A DNA stretch of 64,000 nt from Spirochaetia bacterium (GCA_965198005.1 CBDAOI010000001.1:32001-96000); one strand, 5' to 3'; numbered from the stretch's first letter, positions 19,800-31,656 are shown. Notes: generated from the letters alone by a model not told the origin. Translations and numbers: made by a program.

Positions 19800-20048
19800 A
19801 TGTCGACCTTGACGATCCGTTTACCGGACGACACCCATGGGCGACTGAAAGAGATTGCGCGGCGGCGCGGCATGAGCATGAACAAGCTGGTCGAAGAGCT
19901 CTCCACCGTGGCAATTGCTCAGTACGATGCCGAAGTGCGCTTCCGAGCACTGGCGGCGCGCGGGTCGGTGGAGGCTGGGCTGCGCATCCTGGACAAGCTG
20001 GACGCTGCATTCGCGCGCACCGCAGGCAACAGCGGTCGCCGTGAATAG
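19800..20048 (+). CDS. Antitoxin (RHH/HicB-like) paired with the upstream PIN toxin
   Basis: MSTLTIRLPDDTHGRLKEIARRRGMSMNKLVEELST. Confidence 0.82.
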   Translation: MSTLTIRLPDDTHGRLKEIARRRGMSMNKLVEELSTVAIAQYDAEVRFRALAARGSVEAGLRILDKLDAAFARTAGNSGRRE

Positions 20049-20049
20049 T

Positions 20050-20540
20050 GCCAGGTGCCGCTTCGTCAGGAGGCGCGCGCCGGGTAGCGTGCGGCCATCT
20101 GGTCCAGGGTGACGAGCGGCACGCGCGCGGCCTGGCCGGCCTGACCGAAGGCGCTCATGCGCGCTTCGCACACCTCCTGCATCGCGCCGCGGGCGGCCTT
20201 GAGGTAGTCTCGCGCGGGTCGAAACCGGCGGCGTTTTCGGTCAGCACCTTGCGTACCGCGCCGGTCATCGCCAGACGGTTGTCGGTGTCGACGTTGATCT
20301 TGCGCACGCCGTGGCGGATGCCGCGCTGGATCTCCGCGACCGGCACCCCCCAGGTCTGGCGGATGGCGCCGCGGTAGGCGTTGACCAGGTCCTGCAGCTC
20401 CTGCGGCACCGACGACGAGCCGTGCATCACCAGATGGGTGTCGGGCAGCCGGCGGTGGATCTGCTCGATGCGGGTCATCGCCAGCACCTCGCCGTCCGGC
20501 TGCTGCGAGAACTTGTAGGCGCCGTGGCTGGTGCCGATTC
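20050..20540 (-). pseudogene. fba: Class II fructose-bisphosphate aldolase C-terminal fragment
   Basis: GTSHGAYKF…[13 protein letters not shown]…[18 protein letters not shown]…FDPR. Confidence 0.85.
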
Positions 20541-20739
20541 GATGCCGCCAGGGCGATGTGAAAGAGCGCGCCGGCTACTGGTGCCTTGGCGGCGCTGGGT
20601 TTACCAAGTCTGCAGCCAGCGTGTCCGGCACGATGTCTAATAGCTCATCGAGTGTCCATCGCCCATCCTTGAAGATGCTTTTCACTGGCGCAGGGTGACT
20701 GATGAGGGCGATCTGCCCCCCTCTAGCTCCAAAAACACA

Positions 20740-20921
20740 GCCAATCAGGCGGCGGCACAGCGGCAGTTTTTGCTTGCGGGCACGATTGGCGAGAAAGCCG
20801 TAGTGGCGGATGCGGACGAAGCGAGCGGGCAGGACGTGCTGCAGGAAGCGACGCAGGAACTCGACCGCATCGAGTTTCATCACGCGATGGCGGTGGCCAC
20901 CACGCTTATAGTCCTTGTAGT
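20740..20921 (-). mobile_element. IS91-family (Y2) transposase C-terminal fragment
   Basis: YKDYK…MKLDAVEFLRRFLQHVLPARFVRIRHYGFLAN. Confidence 0.8.
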
Positions 20922-20924
20922 GGA

Positions 20925-21242
20925 GCTGCGCTTGACCAGCCACAGGGTGCGCCGCGCCAGCGCCGCCCGGGGCGGGATGCCCTCGGGCACCACCGCCGAG
21001 GCGAACAGTCCCTCGGCCCGGCAGCGCCGTGCGCGCTGGCCGAACGCGCAGCCGACGAACACCTCGTCGGGGCCGCACGCTGAGTGGGCCAGCGCCGCCC
21101 GGAACGCCGCATCGACGCCGGCCGCGCAGCCCACGAAGAACCCGAACCCGTGCCGGCGGAACCGCTCGACCAGCGCGCGGCAGACCGGCTGCTCCACCTG
21201 CCCGCGGCGGCTGCCGGCAAACAGCACCGAGCGCGCCGCCAC
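20925..21242 (-). pseudogene. SLOG/DprA-like Rossmann-fold fragment
   Basis: VLFAGSRR…VGCAAGVDAA…ALARRT. Confidence 0.5.
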
Positions 21243-21272
21243 CTTGAACCGCAGCGCCGGCTGATGGGGTAA

Positions 21273-22515
21273 TCACGATGACGCCGCCGGAATGTGCCGC
21301 CTCCCCCGGCGCGCGCGGGCGGATTCGGGTGCTGGCGGCTGCGACGCCGTGCGATCTCCGGACAGCCGCGCTCGCACACCGCAGTGCAACTCGGCGTCCG
21401 TCCGGGAAGGCCCCTTCCCTGCCCGCGGCGCCTGCTGGTTCTGCGCCGAACTACGTGTGTCGCACCGAACCTGCTCGCTTCCCGGGGTCGCTACTGTCCG
21501 CGCTTGCCGGTTCGGCGCCGAACCGCCGGCAGGTGCGACGCTGGAGTCGGCCGCAGCAGGACCGGGCGCAGGAGAGCCGGCAGCGACCGAGCCGGCGTAG
21601 CGCGAAGTCCGAGCGCCACTCCGGTCCGGGACCCGCGCCGCCTGTTGGTTCTGCGCAGAACCGGGTGTGGTCCGCTGGTCGTGCTCGCTCCCCGGGGCCG
21701 CTACTACCAGCTCCGCTCGCCGGTTCTGCGCCGAACTGTCGGCGCGCGCGACGCCGGGGCCGGCGACCGCCGAGCCGGCGGCGGCCAAAGCGGGTGCGGG
21801 GCTGCCAGCAACCGGACCCGCGGCAACCGAACTGCGGGCAGCCGCGGTCGCGGGCACCCCCTCGCCAGGCGCTCCGGCGGCGCAAGTCGACGAGCCGGCC
21901 TTGGATGCAACCGCGGCCACCACATCACCGGTAGCCCGGTGTTCGTCGGTGACGGCGAGATGCTGCTCGCACGTCTCGGCGGGCCGCGCCGGCACCGCCG
22001 CCCCCCGCTTGGCGCGACTCCGCTCCCGCATCGGGTCGTACTTCCGCTCCGCCTGCTGCAGCAGGTAGGCGAGCAGTTGCCCGGTGGTGAAGCCCGGGTT
22101 CACGTGCGACAGCCAGCCCTTCAGCTTGGCGATGGTCTCTATACTGCTCTGGTCCAGGATCACCCGCACCGCGTAGCGGCCGCCGCCGAGGGCGCGCTGC
22201 TGCTCTCGCGGCAGGCCCAGCTCCGGCTCCAGTTCCGCCAGCAGCTTCTCGGTCTCACGGGCCGACTTGTTGGCGACCAGATCGACCAGTTCGACCTTCT
22301 GGTCCCGGGTCCATGCCGGTGGTGGTTCCGTCGCGGGCGGCGACGGCGCAGACTCGCGGGCCGCACGGCCAAGCGCATCCATTACTGTAGTTCAGCTCCC
22401 GTACCGCGTACGCGAACAGACTCGGATAGCCACGTTCTTCGTACAGCTCACGGCGCTCTATTTCGTCCAAGTGCTGGATCGTAACGATGGTGAGTTCGGT
22501 CTCGTGGCGGGCCAG
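21273..22515 (-). pseudogene. HNH-endonuclease-associated protein, frameshifted and lacking the HNH domain
   Basis: HLDEIERRELYEERGYPSLFAYAVRELNYS…KSARETEKLLA…YDP…RRHIPAA. Confidence 0.6.
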
Positions 22516-22519
22516 TTCT

Positions 22520-22855
22520 CGGCAAATGCTTGCTGACCACGCTTCGCGTGCGCCGCGTAGTAGGTCAGCAATTCCGTGCTCGCCACGTGTAGCCACTGCA
22601 GCTTGCCGTTGATACTCATCCCGGTCTCATCGAAGCCGACCACCGGCTGACCACTGATAGCAGCACGGATGGTTTCGTTGATCCCCGCCACGCGCTGCCC
22701 GCAGAGGTCGTTGATGTTCACCAACGTCCCCACACTAATCGGAATCGAGAACAAATCCTCGAACAGCTCCGCCGTTCTCTGATACGGCAGCAGGCCGTAA
22801 TTCTTCAGATACGTCGCTATCGCTTGCAGCCGGCAGCCGTACTGCACCGGTGAAA
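22520..22855 (-). mobile_element. IS66-family transposase internal fragment
   Basis: PVQYG.RLQAIATYL…PISVGTL…GFDETG…WLHVAST..LTYY..HAKRG. Confidence 0.8.
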
Positions 22856-23576
22856 TCGCCAAGCTGGTTCGGGCTCGCGACGAGCTTACGTATCTGGTAA
22901 TCGTAACGTCCGCCAGGTTCCTCATGAACACGCTGCGCGAGCACCCTGCTGCCGGCGAAGTGGTGGCCGCGATCGATCAGTACCTGCCGACCTACGGGCA
23001 TCAGGGGTACTCGTTGGACTTCGTCGAACCGACCCAGGCGGAGGACCCGGCGGGGCCGTTTGCCACGCTGAAAGCGATGGTCGGCGACCAGGACTACGAC
23101 CCTGAGCATCAGCGCGCCAAGGCGGCAGCTATCCGCGAGGAGAAACTCGAGCAGATCTCGGAGCTGCTGAGCGGCCTGGAGTACTGGCAGTTTCGCTACC
23201 GGCTGTGGCTGGCCAGAAGGTACGCTCCGGTCCGCGACGAAGTCTCCTTCCTGTTGGGCTCGTGCTGGTCGGTAGTGCGCCCCATGGCGTTCGAACTGGG
23301 CCGGAGCTCCGGTCAGGTCACCGCCAAGGCGAGCGTGGTGATGGGCCCGGCGGACTTCGCCAAGATGGAGCCAGGATCGATCCTCGTTTCGCCGTTGACC
23401 ACGCCGGCCTGGACACAACTGTTTGCCCATGCCGCGAGCCTGGTCACCGATCGATCGTTGCGCGGGAATATGGCATCCCGGCAGTGCTGGGGGTCGGTAA
23501 CGGCACCGAGCGCATCGCGCACGGTCAGCTGATCACCATCGACGGCGACGCCGGTACGGTAGCGATCCACGACTGA
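22850..23576 (+). pseudogene. PEP-utilising (mobile His domain) enzyme fragments
   Basis: GSILVSPLTTPAWTQLF..A..LVTD / SIVAREYGIPAVLGVGNGT…DGDAGTV; the GG..SH segment is deleted. Confidence 0.75.
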
Positions 23577-23849
23577 AGACGGAAAGATGACGAATGCGGC
23601 TCATCGCGGCATCGACGTGAGCGGGGGGGTGGAGCGGGGGGAGCAGGCTCGTCTGGTCCAGTAGGCGGTCGCCCATGCCCATTGTCCATGGGGCGCATTG
23701 TCAGTTACGGCCCCCAAGAAAAGGGAGCCCGTGGACAACACCGGCATCTCGCTGCTCGAACGACCGCGCCCACGAGCTTCGCCAGCGCACCGCCTCGCGC
23801 GCTTCGGGCGCATACATGCCGTTTGTACTACAATAAGCGTTCCGCAATC

Positions 23850-23930
23850 GTAGCGGACCGTCCCGAAGAGGGGACCGACGTCTGGGCTGTGAATAGGGGG
23901 CTCATATCCCTCATCCCGTTACGGCTCGTG
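23850..23930 (+). pseudogene. SurE-like C-terminal fragment
   Basis: EEGTDVWAVNRGLISLIPLRL. Confidence 0.5.
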
Positions 23931-24039
23931 GTCGACGGCCGCCCACCGATGTGCTACGGTTTGTGGCCGTAACGGTGCCGTTTGGCCGCCGGCTGCTCAA
24001 GCTCGGCGTGGACAAGGATCTCACGCTGACACTCTTCGA

Positions 24040-24305
24040 GCACAAATGGCGCCGCAAAAGGACGGCTGCGTCAGAGTGCAGGTTCTCATCAACCTTGGAT
24101 TCCACACTGATCACGATTTACGCGCAGAGAGGACAACAACGCGATCCCGCGCCAGATCCGCAGCGTACTGAAGCGCGGCCTGTATGTCTGGCTCCTCAAC
24201 GTTGTAGCCGTGAACGATCGCCTCTGTTGTCTCTCCCGCGGCAATGTTGTCGAGGATTACCGACACCATGACCCTCGTACCCCGGATGCACGGCTTCCCG
24301 TGATC
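24040..24305 (-). pseudogene. DUF433 antitoxin (5'-truncated) + DUF5615 PIN-like stub
   Basis: HGKPCIRGTRVMVSVILDNIAAG…DIQAALQYAA; KVDENL…AVLLR. Confidence 0.75.
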
Positions 24306-24398
24306 GCCGCTCGATCCAAGACTCAGGGGCGGCGCGCCCCTGACCTGATGCAGGCAAGATGCCCGGTCGGCGACCGGGGGGGCGGAGCGCTGCGGCAC

Positions 24399-24778
24399 TC
24401 AGGGGTCGCTAGCAGCCGGTGCCGCCCACGGGTCGATCAGTTCCAGGCCGCACGCTTCGAAGTCGGTGATGTTCCGTGTCGCCAGTTGGCATCGACGAGC
24501 GCGGGCCACCGCGGCGATCTGGCCGTCAACGACGCTCATCGGGCGGCCGATCTCACGGCGCGAGCCCATGATCTCACCGTAGATCGAGGCCGCGCCCCAA
24601 TCGAAATCGAGCACGCGCTCGGCAAATCCGCTGGATACGAATCGGTCGAAACGGTGTTGGAGATCGTCTCGGCGATGATGCATCAACTCCGACACCACGT
24701 TGGTGTCGATCAGGATCATGGTGCCACGCGCACGGGTTGGTGTGGTGCCCGGTCGGGTAGTTCGAGATCTACTCCGTG
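24399..24778 (-). pseudogene. FitB/VapC PIN toxin with internal deletion (24399-24719) + antitoxin tail
   Basis: MILIDTNVVSELM//…GRPMSVVDGQIAAVA…LATRNITDFE.CGLELIDPW; GVDLELPDR. Confidence 0.8.
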
Positions 24779-24949
24779 AGCCGGCCCGAACAACTGCACT
24801 GCCAGGTCACCGATACTCTCCGGTGCTTCCCAAGCTGCTGCCGTCCCTTTGAGCGAGCGCCCGGGCAACGGCGAGCACGTCATCGTCGATCATCACGGCG
24901 GTACGCACGAATACATCGTCGCATTAACGCATCATCACGTCAAGGAGCA

Positions 24950-25096
24950 TGCGCTACATCGCGATCAATCCCAAGCAGATGGATCGATTTCGTGACCGGT
25001 TTACGGCGTCCGGCGCCAAGGATGACCGCCGCGATGCGCGGGTGTTGGCGGACTCGCTGCGCACTGATCGACGCAGCTTTCGTCAGCTGTAGCTGA
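24950..25096 (+). mobile_element. IS110-family transposase fragment
   Basis: AINPKQMDRFRDRFTASGAKDDRRDARVLADSLRTD. Confidence 0.7.
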
Positions 25097-25129
25097 AGGT
25101 CTCGTCCCCTTCCGCCTCGTCGTCATCGA

Positions 25130-25837
25130 CTACCGGCACCACGAGCGGCTGCGTACCTGCCTGATGGTCTTTTCGAGGGCGCGGCGAACGGGGTTCACGA
25201 CCTGTGCCTCGGGGTCAATCGGATCAAGGTCATGGGTGGGCAGGGAGTCGAGGTTGAACTGTTCGCGCAGGTACTTGAAGAAGTTCTCCTGCGACCAGCG
25301 CGAGAACATGGCGCCGGCGACCTGTTGCACGGGCAGCTGTGGGTGGGTGGTGATCACTGGCACTTGGCGACCGGTGGCGAGCCGGCGCCGGATCTGGCGG
25401 ACGGTGAGCCCGTTGCGCAGTACTATCGGTTGCTCGGCGAGGTCAACGGTGGTGGCACTGGTTCCAGCGGGTGCATGGATCAGTACCTCAAGCGGGTGGA
25501 AGTCCTCCTCCGGCCAGTCCTCGCCCGTGAAGTTCTTGTGCCAGGTGATGCAGGCGATGCCGCGCCGGGCCAGCCGCTTGAACAGGTCCGGGCTCCAGCC
25601 CGCGCGGTCGAACACCAGGGTGAGCGCCGGCGCGCCGGCCTCCGGCACCACCCCCAGTTGCAGCAGGTGCGGCGCCACGTCCTGTTCGAGCGCCTGGTGC
25701 AGGCACAGCAGGGGCGTGCCACCGAGGGCGTTGATCCAGTCGCTCACGGACGCCGGCAAACACAGCTTCTGGCGCGCGACGAAGTGTTTCGGCAGCCGAC
25801 CGTTGCGCCCGGCGTATACCTTCACGTGGCCGTCCAT
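25130..25837 (-). mobile_element. Putative DDE transposase fragment
   Basis: DGHVKVY…LVFDRAGWSP…MFSRWSQENFFKYLREQFNLD. Confidence 0.7.
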
Positions 25838-26580
25838 TGTCCCGGATCAAGCCGAGCACCGCGTCGAGATCGATCCGTTCCAGGGGCGGGATGGATGAAC
25901 GTGCCTCATCGGCCACGTTCTCCCGCATCGCCTGGCCCGCCTCGACGTTGGCGTACACGCAGCGGAGGTCGCCCTGCCCGCCGCCGTTCAGCAGATCGCG
26001 CAGCGCCAGCAGCGCCGAGGTCTTGCCGGTCTGTCGCGGCGCGTGCAGCACGAAGTGGTCCGCGGCCACAACGGGCCCCTCCGTGTTGAACTTGCGCACG
26101 ATCACCATCGTCGCAGAGTTCGGCGCGGTTGTCATCCTCGCGACCGGCGCCGACGGTGAAGCGAATCAGGTCGCAGCGGAGTTCATGCCCGGTGGCGGCC
26201 GTGCGGTGCGCTTGAGGCGGGAGCACGCAGATCAGCGAGCGACAACGCCGGCGCCGCCGTACCGAGCACCCGTAAGCCGAGCGGCCCGAGCGGTTGACAG
26301 GGTTGCCGCGCGCACGTGCAGACACGAATTACAGCGACCTTCGCGGTGGCGTTGGTTCTGGTTCTGAACGCCACCGGCCTGTGGGCCGCGGGCGCAGAAA
26401 AGGAGCCGACTACTCGGCAGAACACCGTCCCCACGTCGCGTCGTGGGACGCGGGCCGTACATAACCCGCTCGATCGTGATCAGCGCTGCGGTTGGCGAAG
26501 CCTATGGCGCGCTGCGTCGCCCGCCGGATTTCGGCGTTCGCTGCTGTTCTGAGGCACGTCAATCCAGTGCACCGCCTTGG
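25838..26580. repeat. Direct duplicate of about 28537-29302 (AAA gene 5' end, divergent promoter, SBP signal stub)
   Basis: Near-identical sequence read by eye; internal segment order differs. Confidence 0.9.
26328..26410 (+). pseudogene. SBP signal-peptide stub (second copy at 29050-29135)
   Basis: ITATFAVALVLVLNATGLWAAGAEKEP directly after the GAGCGGTTGACA promoter. Confidence 0.75.
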
Positions 26581-26965
26581 CAACCTTGGCATCGATGTAG
26601 CGCACCGGCAGCAGTCGGTGGCCGATCAGATCCACCGCAGCACCGCACTGCTCAAGCGGTATGTAGCCGAGCAACGGCTCATACTCGCCTTCTTCCGGTT
26701 CCATCTCGACGAACATGACCTCGCCATGAATGGCCCTGAACCCTTCGATACGGATCAAAGCCGGCCCACAGACCGTGCCCCCTACCACCTGCTGCGTTGC
26801 GGTCTGCAGCGCGACCTCTTCCTCCAACGCAAATGCCCCGAACCGCTCCTTCCAGGCCATCGGCAGCGTCAAGTAACCGGCGCCCGTGTCGACCAGCGCG
26901 TCGATGCGGACGACGCAAGTAGCAGACACATTCTCGACCACTACCGAAGTAACAATACGTCCCAT
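26480..26965 (-). CDS. Clan AA (retropepsin-like) aspartic protease; C-terminus probably fused
   Basis: IDALVDTGAGYLTLP…EPLLGYIPLEQ. Confidence 0.75.
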   Translation of the reverse strand: MGRIVTSVVVENVSATCVVRIDALVDTGAGYLTLPMAWKERFGAFALEEEVALQTATQQVVGGTVCGPALIRIEGFRAIHGEVMFVEMEPEEGEYEPLLGYIPLEQCGAAVDLIGHRLLPVRYIDAKVAKAVHWIDVPQNSSERRNPAGDAARHRLRQPQR

Positions 26966-27141
26966 GAACGAGCGGAGCGTTTCCCCCTCGCCTCCTCGCG
27001 CCAGCATAGCGCTCTCGCGCCGGAATCGGCAAGTGGAAACCCGTCGGACGTGGACCTGATGGTCACTAACGCTTACCCGTTGAAGGGGAGAGCATCCTGG
27101 CTTCCTGGCCAGAATGCCTCGTCAGCAAGCCGCGCTTCGCG

Positions 27142-28821
27142 CTACATCCCCCAGACCGTGACCGGCACGCCAGTTCCCGCCGGGGTGCGGCGGAAGATCT
27201 TTTCCGCCCAGGATCGGTCCGGCGCGCGGTCGAACACGATCAGGTGGCCCGCCTCCGCCCCGCAACGGTCCATGTAGCCACGGATCTGCTCCACCCCCTC
27301 GGCGATGGTCCGCTCCAACCCCTTGCGCAGCACCTTGCACTCCACCACGAAACGGCGCTCGCGCCCACCCTGCGGCCACACGATCAGCAGGTCGGTGCGC
27401 CCGCGTCCCAGCGCGTACTCCCGCTCGATCCGCCCGCCGCCGTTCACGATGCGCTGCAGGTGCGCCTGCAGCAGCAACTGCGGGCCGGCCTCGTGGTACC
27501 GCTCGAAGCGCTGTACCCAGTGCTCGGAGTGCTCGCGAAAGAACTCCTGGAACGCCGCGATCAGCCCCTCCACGTCCAGCCCGCCGTCTGCGCCCACGTA
27601 CCATGCCATCTCTTGCGGCAGCCCCGCCTGCACCGCGTAGTTCAGATGGCGCGGCACCACCTCGGCGTAGATCGGGTTGGCGATGCGCGGCGTGCCGGCG
27701 GCGTCCTGCGCCACCAGCCCCAGGTCGCAGACGTAGGCGACGTCCTCGGTCGACCACGCCTGCTGGTCGGCACCGGTCAGAATCGGCTCCACCACGCGCC
27801 GCACGCGCTCCTCGCGCAGCTTGTGCGCCAGATCGTCGATGTGCGTGTCGCGGCGCAGGATCAGCCGCTCCTGCGCCTCCAGGATGGCGTCTGCCGTGAT
27901 CGGGCGCGCGCGCTCACGCCCCACCTCGTCCTCGAAGCATGCCTCCCGGCACAGCGCGTTCACCAGCCACGGCTGCCCGGCGGTCCGCGTCAGGATCAGC
28001 CGCACCGCCTCCTCCGTGAACACCTGCCCGGTCGCCGCCGTGTGCTGCCCCAGCAACGCCCGCACCTCCTGCTCCGAGAAGTCGCCCAAGCGCAGCGACT
28101 TGGCCTTGATGTTGAAGGCGCTGCCGCCGAGCACCAGCCGGTTCTCGGCAGTCGAGTGGATGCGGTAGTCGCGCACGTCACGCACCCCGCACAGGATGAT
28201 GCTGTGCGGGAAGCGCCCCGGGCGGTCGACGTAGCCGGTGCGCAACTGCCGCAGCACGGCCAGCAGGGTGTCGCCCACCAGCGCGTCGATCTCATCGATC
28301 AGCAGCACCAGCGGCCGCGAGTCGGCCATGCTCCAGCGCAGCAGCGCGTGCCGCAACGCCATGCCCGGCCCCACGCGCTCCAGCACCCCGGGCCAGAGGT
28401 CCTCCAGGGTGTCATCGTCCAGCGTCACGCTGGCCTGGAGCGCCAGTTCGGCAAGCACGGTGCGCAAGCCCTGGTCCGAGAATGCCGGCCCCCGCGCTCT
28501 GCCCCATGCGCCGTTTTCATGTCCTCTCGCAACACGGGATGAACGTGCCTCATCGGCCACGTTCTCGCGCATCGCCTGGCCCGCCTCGACGTTGGCGTAC
28601 ACGCAGCGGAGGTCGCCCTGCCCGCCGCCGTTCAGCAGATCGCGCAGCGCCAGCAGCGCCGAGGTCTTGCCGGTCTGTCGCGGCGCGTGCAGCACGAAGT
28701 ACTTCTTGTCCCGGATCAAGCCGAGCACCGCGTCGAGATCGATCCGTTCCAGGGGCGGGATGTGGTAGTGGTCCGCGGCCACAACGGGCCCCTCCGTGTT
28801 GAACTTGCGCACGATCACCAT
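27142..28821 (-). CDS. AAA ATPase with C-terminal PD-(D/E)XK-like domain
   Basis: FNTEGP, HAPRQTGKTS, LLIDEID, SAFNIK, GQPWLVNAL, REYALGRGRTDL…VECK. Confidence 0.88.
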   Translation of the reverse strand: MVIVRKFNTEGPVVAADHYHIPPLERIDLDAVLGLIRDKKYFVLHAPRQTGKTSALLALRDLLNGGGQGDLRCVYANVEAGQAMRENVADEARSSRVARGHENGAWGRARGPAFSDQGLRTVLAELALQASVTLDDDTLEDLWPGVLERVGPGMALRHALLRWSMADSRPLVLLIDEIDALVGDTLLAVLRQLRTGYVDRPGRFPHSIILCGVRDVRDYRIHSTAENRLVLGGSAFNIKAKSLRLGDFSEQEVRALLGQHTAATGQVFTEEAVRLILTRTAGQPWLVNALCREACFEDEVGRERARPITADAILEAQERLILRRDTHIDDLAHKLREERVRRVVEPILTGADQQAWSTEDVAYVCDLGLVAQDAAGTPRIANPIYAEVVPRHLNYAVQAGLPQEMAWYVGADGGLDVEGLIAAFQEFFREHSEHWVQRFERYHEAGPQLLLQAHLQRIVNGGGRIEREYALGRGRTDLLIVWPQGGRERRFVVECKVLRKGLERTIAEGVEQIRGYMDRCGAEAGHLIVFDRAPDRSWAEKIFRRTPAGTGVPVTVWGM

Positions 28822-29322
28822 CGTCGCAGAGTACGGCGCGGTTGTCATCCTCGCGACCGGCGCCGACGGTGAAGCGAATCAGGTCGCAGCGGACTTCACG
28901 CCCGGTGGCGGCCGCGCGGTGCGCTTGAGGCGGGAGCACGCAGGTCAGCGAGCGACAACGCCGGCGCCGCCGTACCGAGCACCCGTAAGCCGAACGGCCC
29001 GAGCGGCCCGAGCGGTTGACAGGGTTGCCGCGGGCACGTGCAGACACGAATTACAGCGACCTTCGCGGTGGCGTTGGTTCTGGTTCTGACCGCCACCGGC
29101 CTGTGGGCCCGCGGGCGCAGAAAAGGAGCCGGCTACTCGGCAGAACACCGTCCCCACGTCGCGTCGTGGGACGCGGGCCGTACATAACCCGCTCGATCGT
29201 GATCAGCGCTGCGGTTGGCGAAGCCTATGGCGCGCTGCGTCGCCCGCCGGATTTCGGCGTTCGCTGCTGTTCTGAGGCACGTCAATCCAGTGCACCGCCT
29301 TGGCCCTGAACCCTTCGATACG

Positions 29323-29537
29323 GATGACTCGGATGTGGACCTGATGGTCGTTGAATCGGAACCGTTCGGAAAGAACCAGAGCCGGCGGCTGGAGTCCGTA
29401 CGACTCTGGAGGGCACCGTCACACTGTCGTGCCGAACGACATCGTCGTCTACAGCCGGGACGAACTGGAGCGCTGGCACGGTCCGATCAACCATCTCCTG
29501 GCGCGCACGTTCCGCGAGGGGAAGGTGCTATGGCTAT
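29323..29537 (+). pseudogene. Minimal nucleotidyltransferase (MNT) fragment
   Basis: DSDVDLMVV…DIVVYS..E…REGKVL. Confidence 0.65.
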
Positions 29538-29544
29538 ATGGAAG

Positions 29545-30286
29545 CGAATCCGGCAGACCGCCTGCAGGGCGCATCGGTGCAGCATCCGCTGGGCACCGAC
29601 CAGTTGGGGCGGGACCTGTTGAGTCGCCTGCTCTACGGGGCTCGTATTTCGCTCATTGTCGGCCTGGCCGCCACCGCCATTACGGTTGCGGTAGCCGTCC
29701 TGGTGGGCGGTAGTTCAGGATTTGTTGGTGGCAAGCTGGACTTGGTCGTGCAGCGGGTGGTCAATGCCTGGATGGCGTTCCCGGGACTGCTGCTGTTGTT
29801 GACGGTGATGTCGATCGTGGGCCGGGGAATGGTGCAGATCATCGTGGTGCTCGGCATAACCGGGGGCATTCCGGCGTCACGGATCGTGCGCGGAGCGGTG
29901 ATCGGGGTCAAGCAGAGCACCTATTTTCTGGCGGCAGAGTCCATTGGCCGCAAGCAATGGGAGACGCTCGTCCGGCACGTGCTGCCCAACATCGCGGCTC
30001 CGATAGTCGTCATCTTCAGCATCAACATCGGAACGGCGATCATCGCCGAGGCCAGCTTGAGTTTCCTGGGCTTCGGTCTGCCGCTGGAGATTCCGAGCTG
30101 GGGCAGTCTGCTCAGCCGAGACGGGCGCAAGTACATGAGCAGGCGCCCTGGCTGGCGCTGTGGCCCGGTCTGTGCCTGACCATTCTCGTGTACAGCCTGA
30201 ACATGTTCGGTGATGCGCTGCGCGACTTGCTCGACCCCCGGCTGCGCGGCGGCCAGGGAAGTTTCGGCACCGCGGGAAAACGCTAA
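29545..30286 (+). pseudogene. dppC, 5'-truncated and frameshifted near 30138
   Basis: LGTDQLGRDLLSRLLYGARIS…; NMFGDALRDLLDPRLRGG in a second frame. Confidence 0.85.
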
Positions 30287-30338
30287 CGCTTACCCGTTGA
30301 AAGGGAGAGCATCCTGGCATCCTGGCCAGGAGGCCTCG

Positions 30339-31656
30339 TCAGCAAGCCGCGGGTGGCGCTACATCCCCCAGACCGTGACCGGCACGCCAGTTCCCGCCGG
30401 GGTGCGGCGGAAGATCTGTTCCGCCCAGGTGGCCCGCCTCCGCCCCGCACCGGTCGACGTAGCGGCGGGTTTGCTCCACCCCGTCGGCGATAGTCCGCTC
30501 CAATTCCTTGCGCAGCACCTTGCACTCCACCACGAAGCGGCGTTCGCGCCCGCCCTGCGGCCACACGATCAGCAGGTCGGTGCGCCCGCGCCCCAGCGCG
30601 TACTCCCGCTCGATCCGCCCGCCGCCGTTCACTATGCGCTGCAGGTGCGCCTGCAGCAGCAACTGCGGGCCGGCCTCGTGGTACCGCTCGAAGCGCTGCA
30701 CCCAGTACTCGGAGTGCTCGCGGAAAAACTCCTGGAACGCCGCGATCCGCCCCGCCACGTCCAGCCCGCCGTCCGCACCCACGTACCACGCCATCTGGTG
30801 CGGCAGCCCCGCCCGCACCGCGGCGACGTCGGCGGCGGTCACCGTACGGGAACGGTCTTCGCGCAGCGTCTTGTTCTCGAAGCAGGCACCGTACGCCAGT
30901 GCGTTCACCAGCCAGGGCTGGCCGCGGGTCTGCGTCCACACGGCCTCCAGTGCCTCCGGGGCGAACGCCTGGCCGGTCTCTGCGGTGTGCTGGCCCAGCA
31001 GCGCCAGCGTCTGCTCGCGCGAGAAGTCGCCCAGCCGCAGCGACGCGGCGGCGATGTTGAACGGGCTGCCGGCGGCGCCCATGCGGTAGTCGCGCAGGTC
31101 GCGCATGCCGGACAGCACCACGCTGTGCGGGAAGCGTGCCGGGCGGCCGGGATAGCCGGCGCGGATCTGCTGGAGCACCGACAGCAGCAAATCGCCCACC
31201 AGCGTGTCGATCTCGTCGATCAGCAGCACCAGCGGAAGCGGCGACGCCTCCGCCCAGCGAGACAACGCTTCGCCCAGTGCCTCGTCCGCACCGACTCGCG
31301 CCAGCACGTCCGGCCAGATGTCGTCCGGAAAGCCGTCATCCAGCGTCGCCCGCGCCTGCGACGCCAGCCTGACGAGCACCGTGCGCATCGCCCGCTGCAC
31401 GTCGTCGCGCGCGGTACAGGCGGTTTCGACGGTAACGTACACGCACCGGTAGCCCCGCCCGTTCAGCACTTCGGCCAGCGCCAGCAGCGCCGACGTCTTC
31501 CCGGTTTGCCGCGGCGCATGCAGCACGAAGTACTTCTTGTCGCGCACCAAGCCGAGCACTTCGTCCGGATCGATCCTCGACAACGGCGCGATCAGGTAAT
31601 GATCGGTCGGATTGACGGGGCCGGCGGTGTTGAACGAACGCAGGTTGACCAGTCAC
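30339..31656 (-). pseudogene. AAA ATPase paralog of 27142-28821 with internal deletions
   Basis: Same motifs; missing blocks near 30815 and 30428. Confidence 0.8.
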
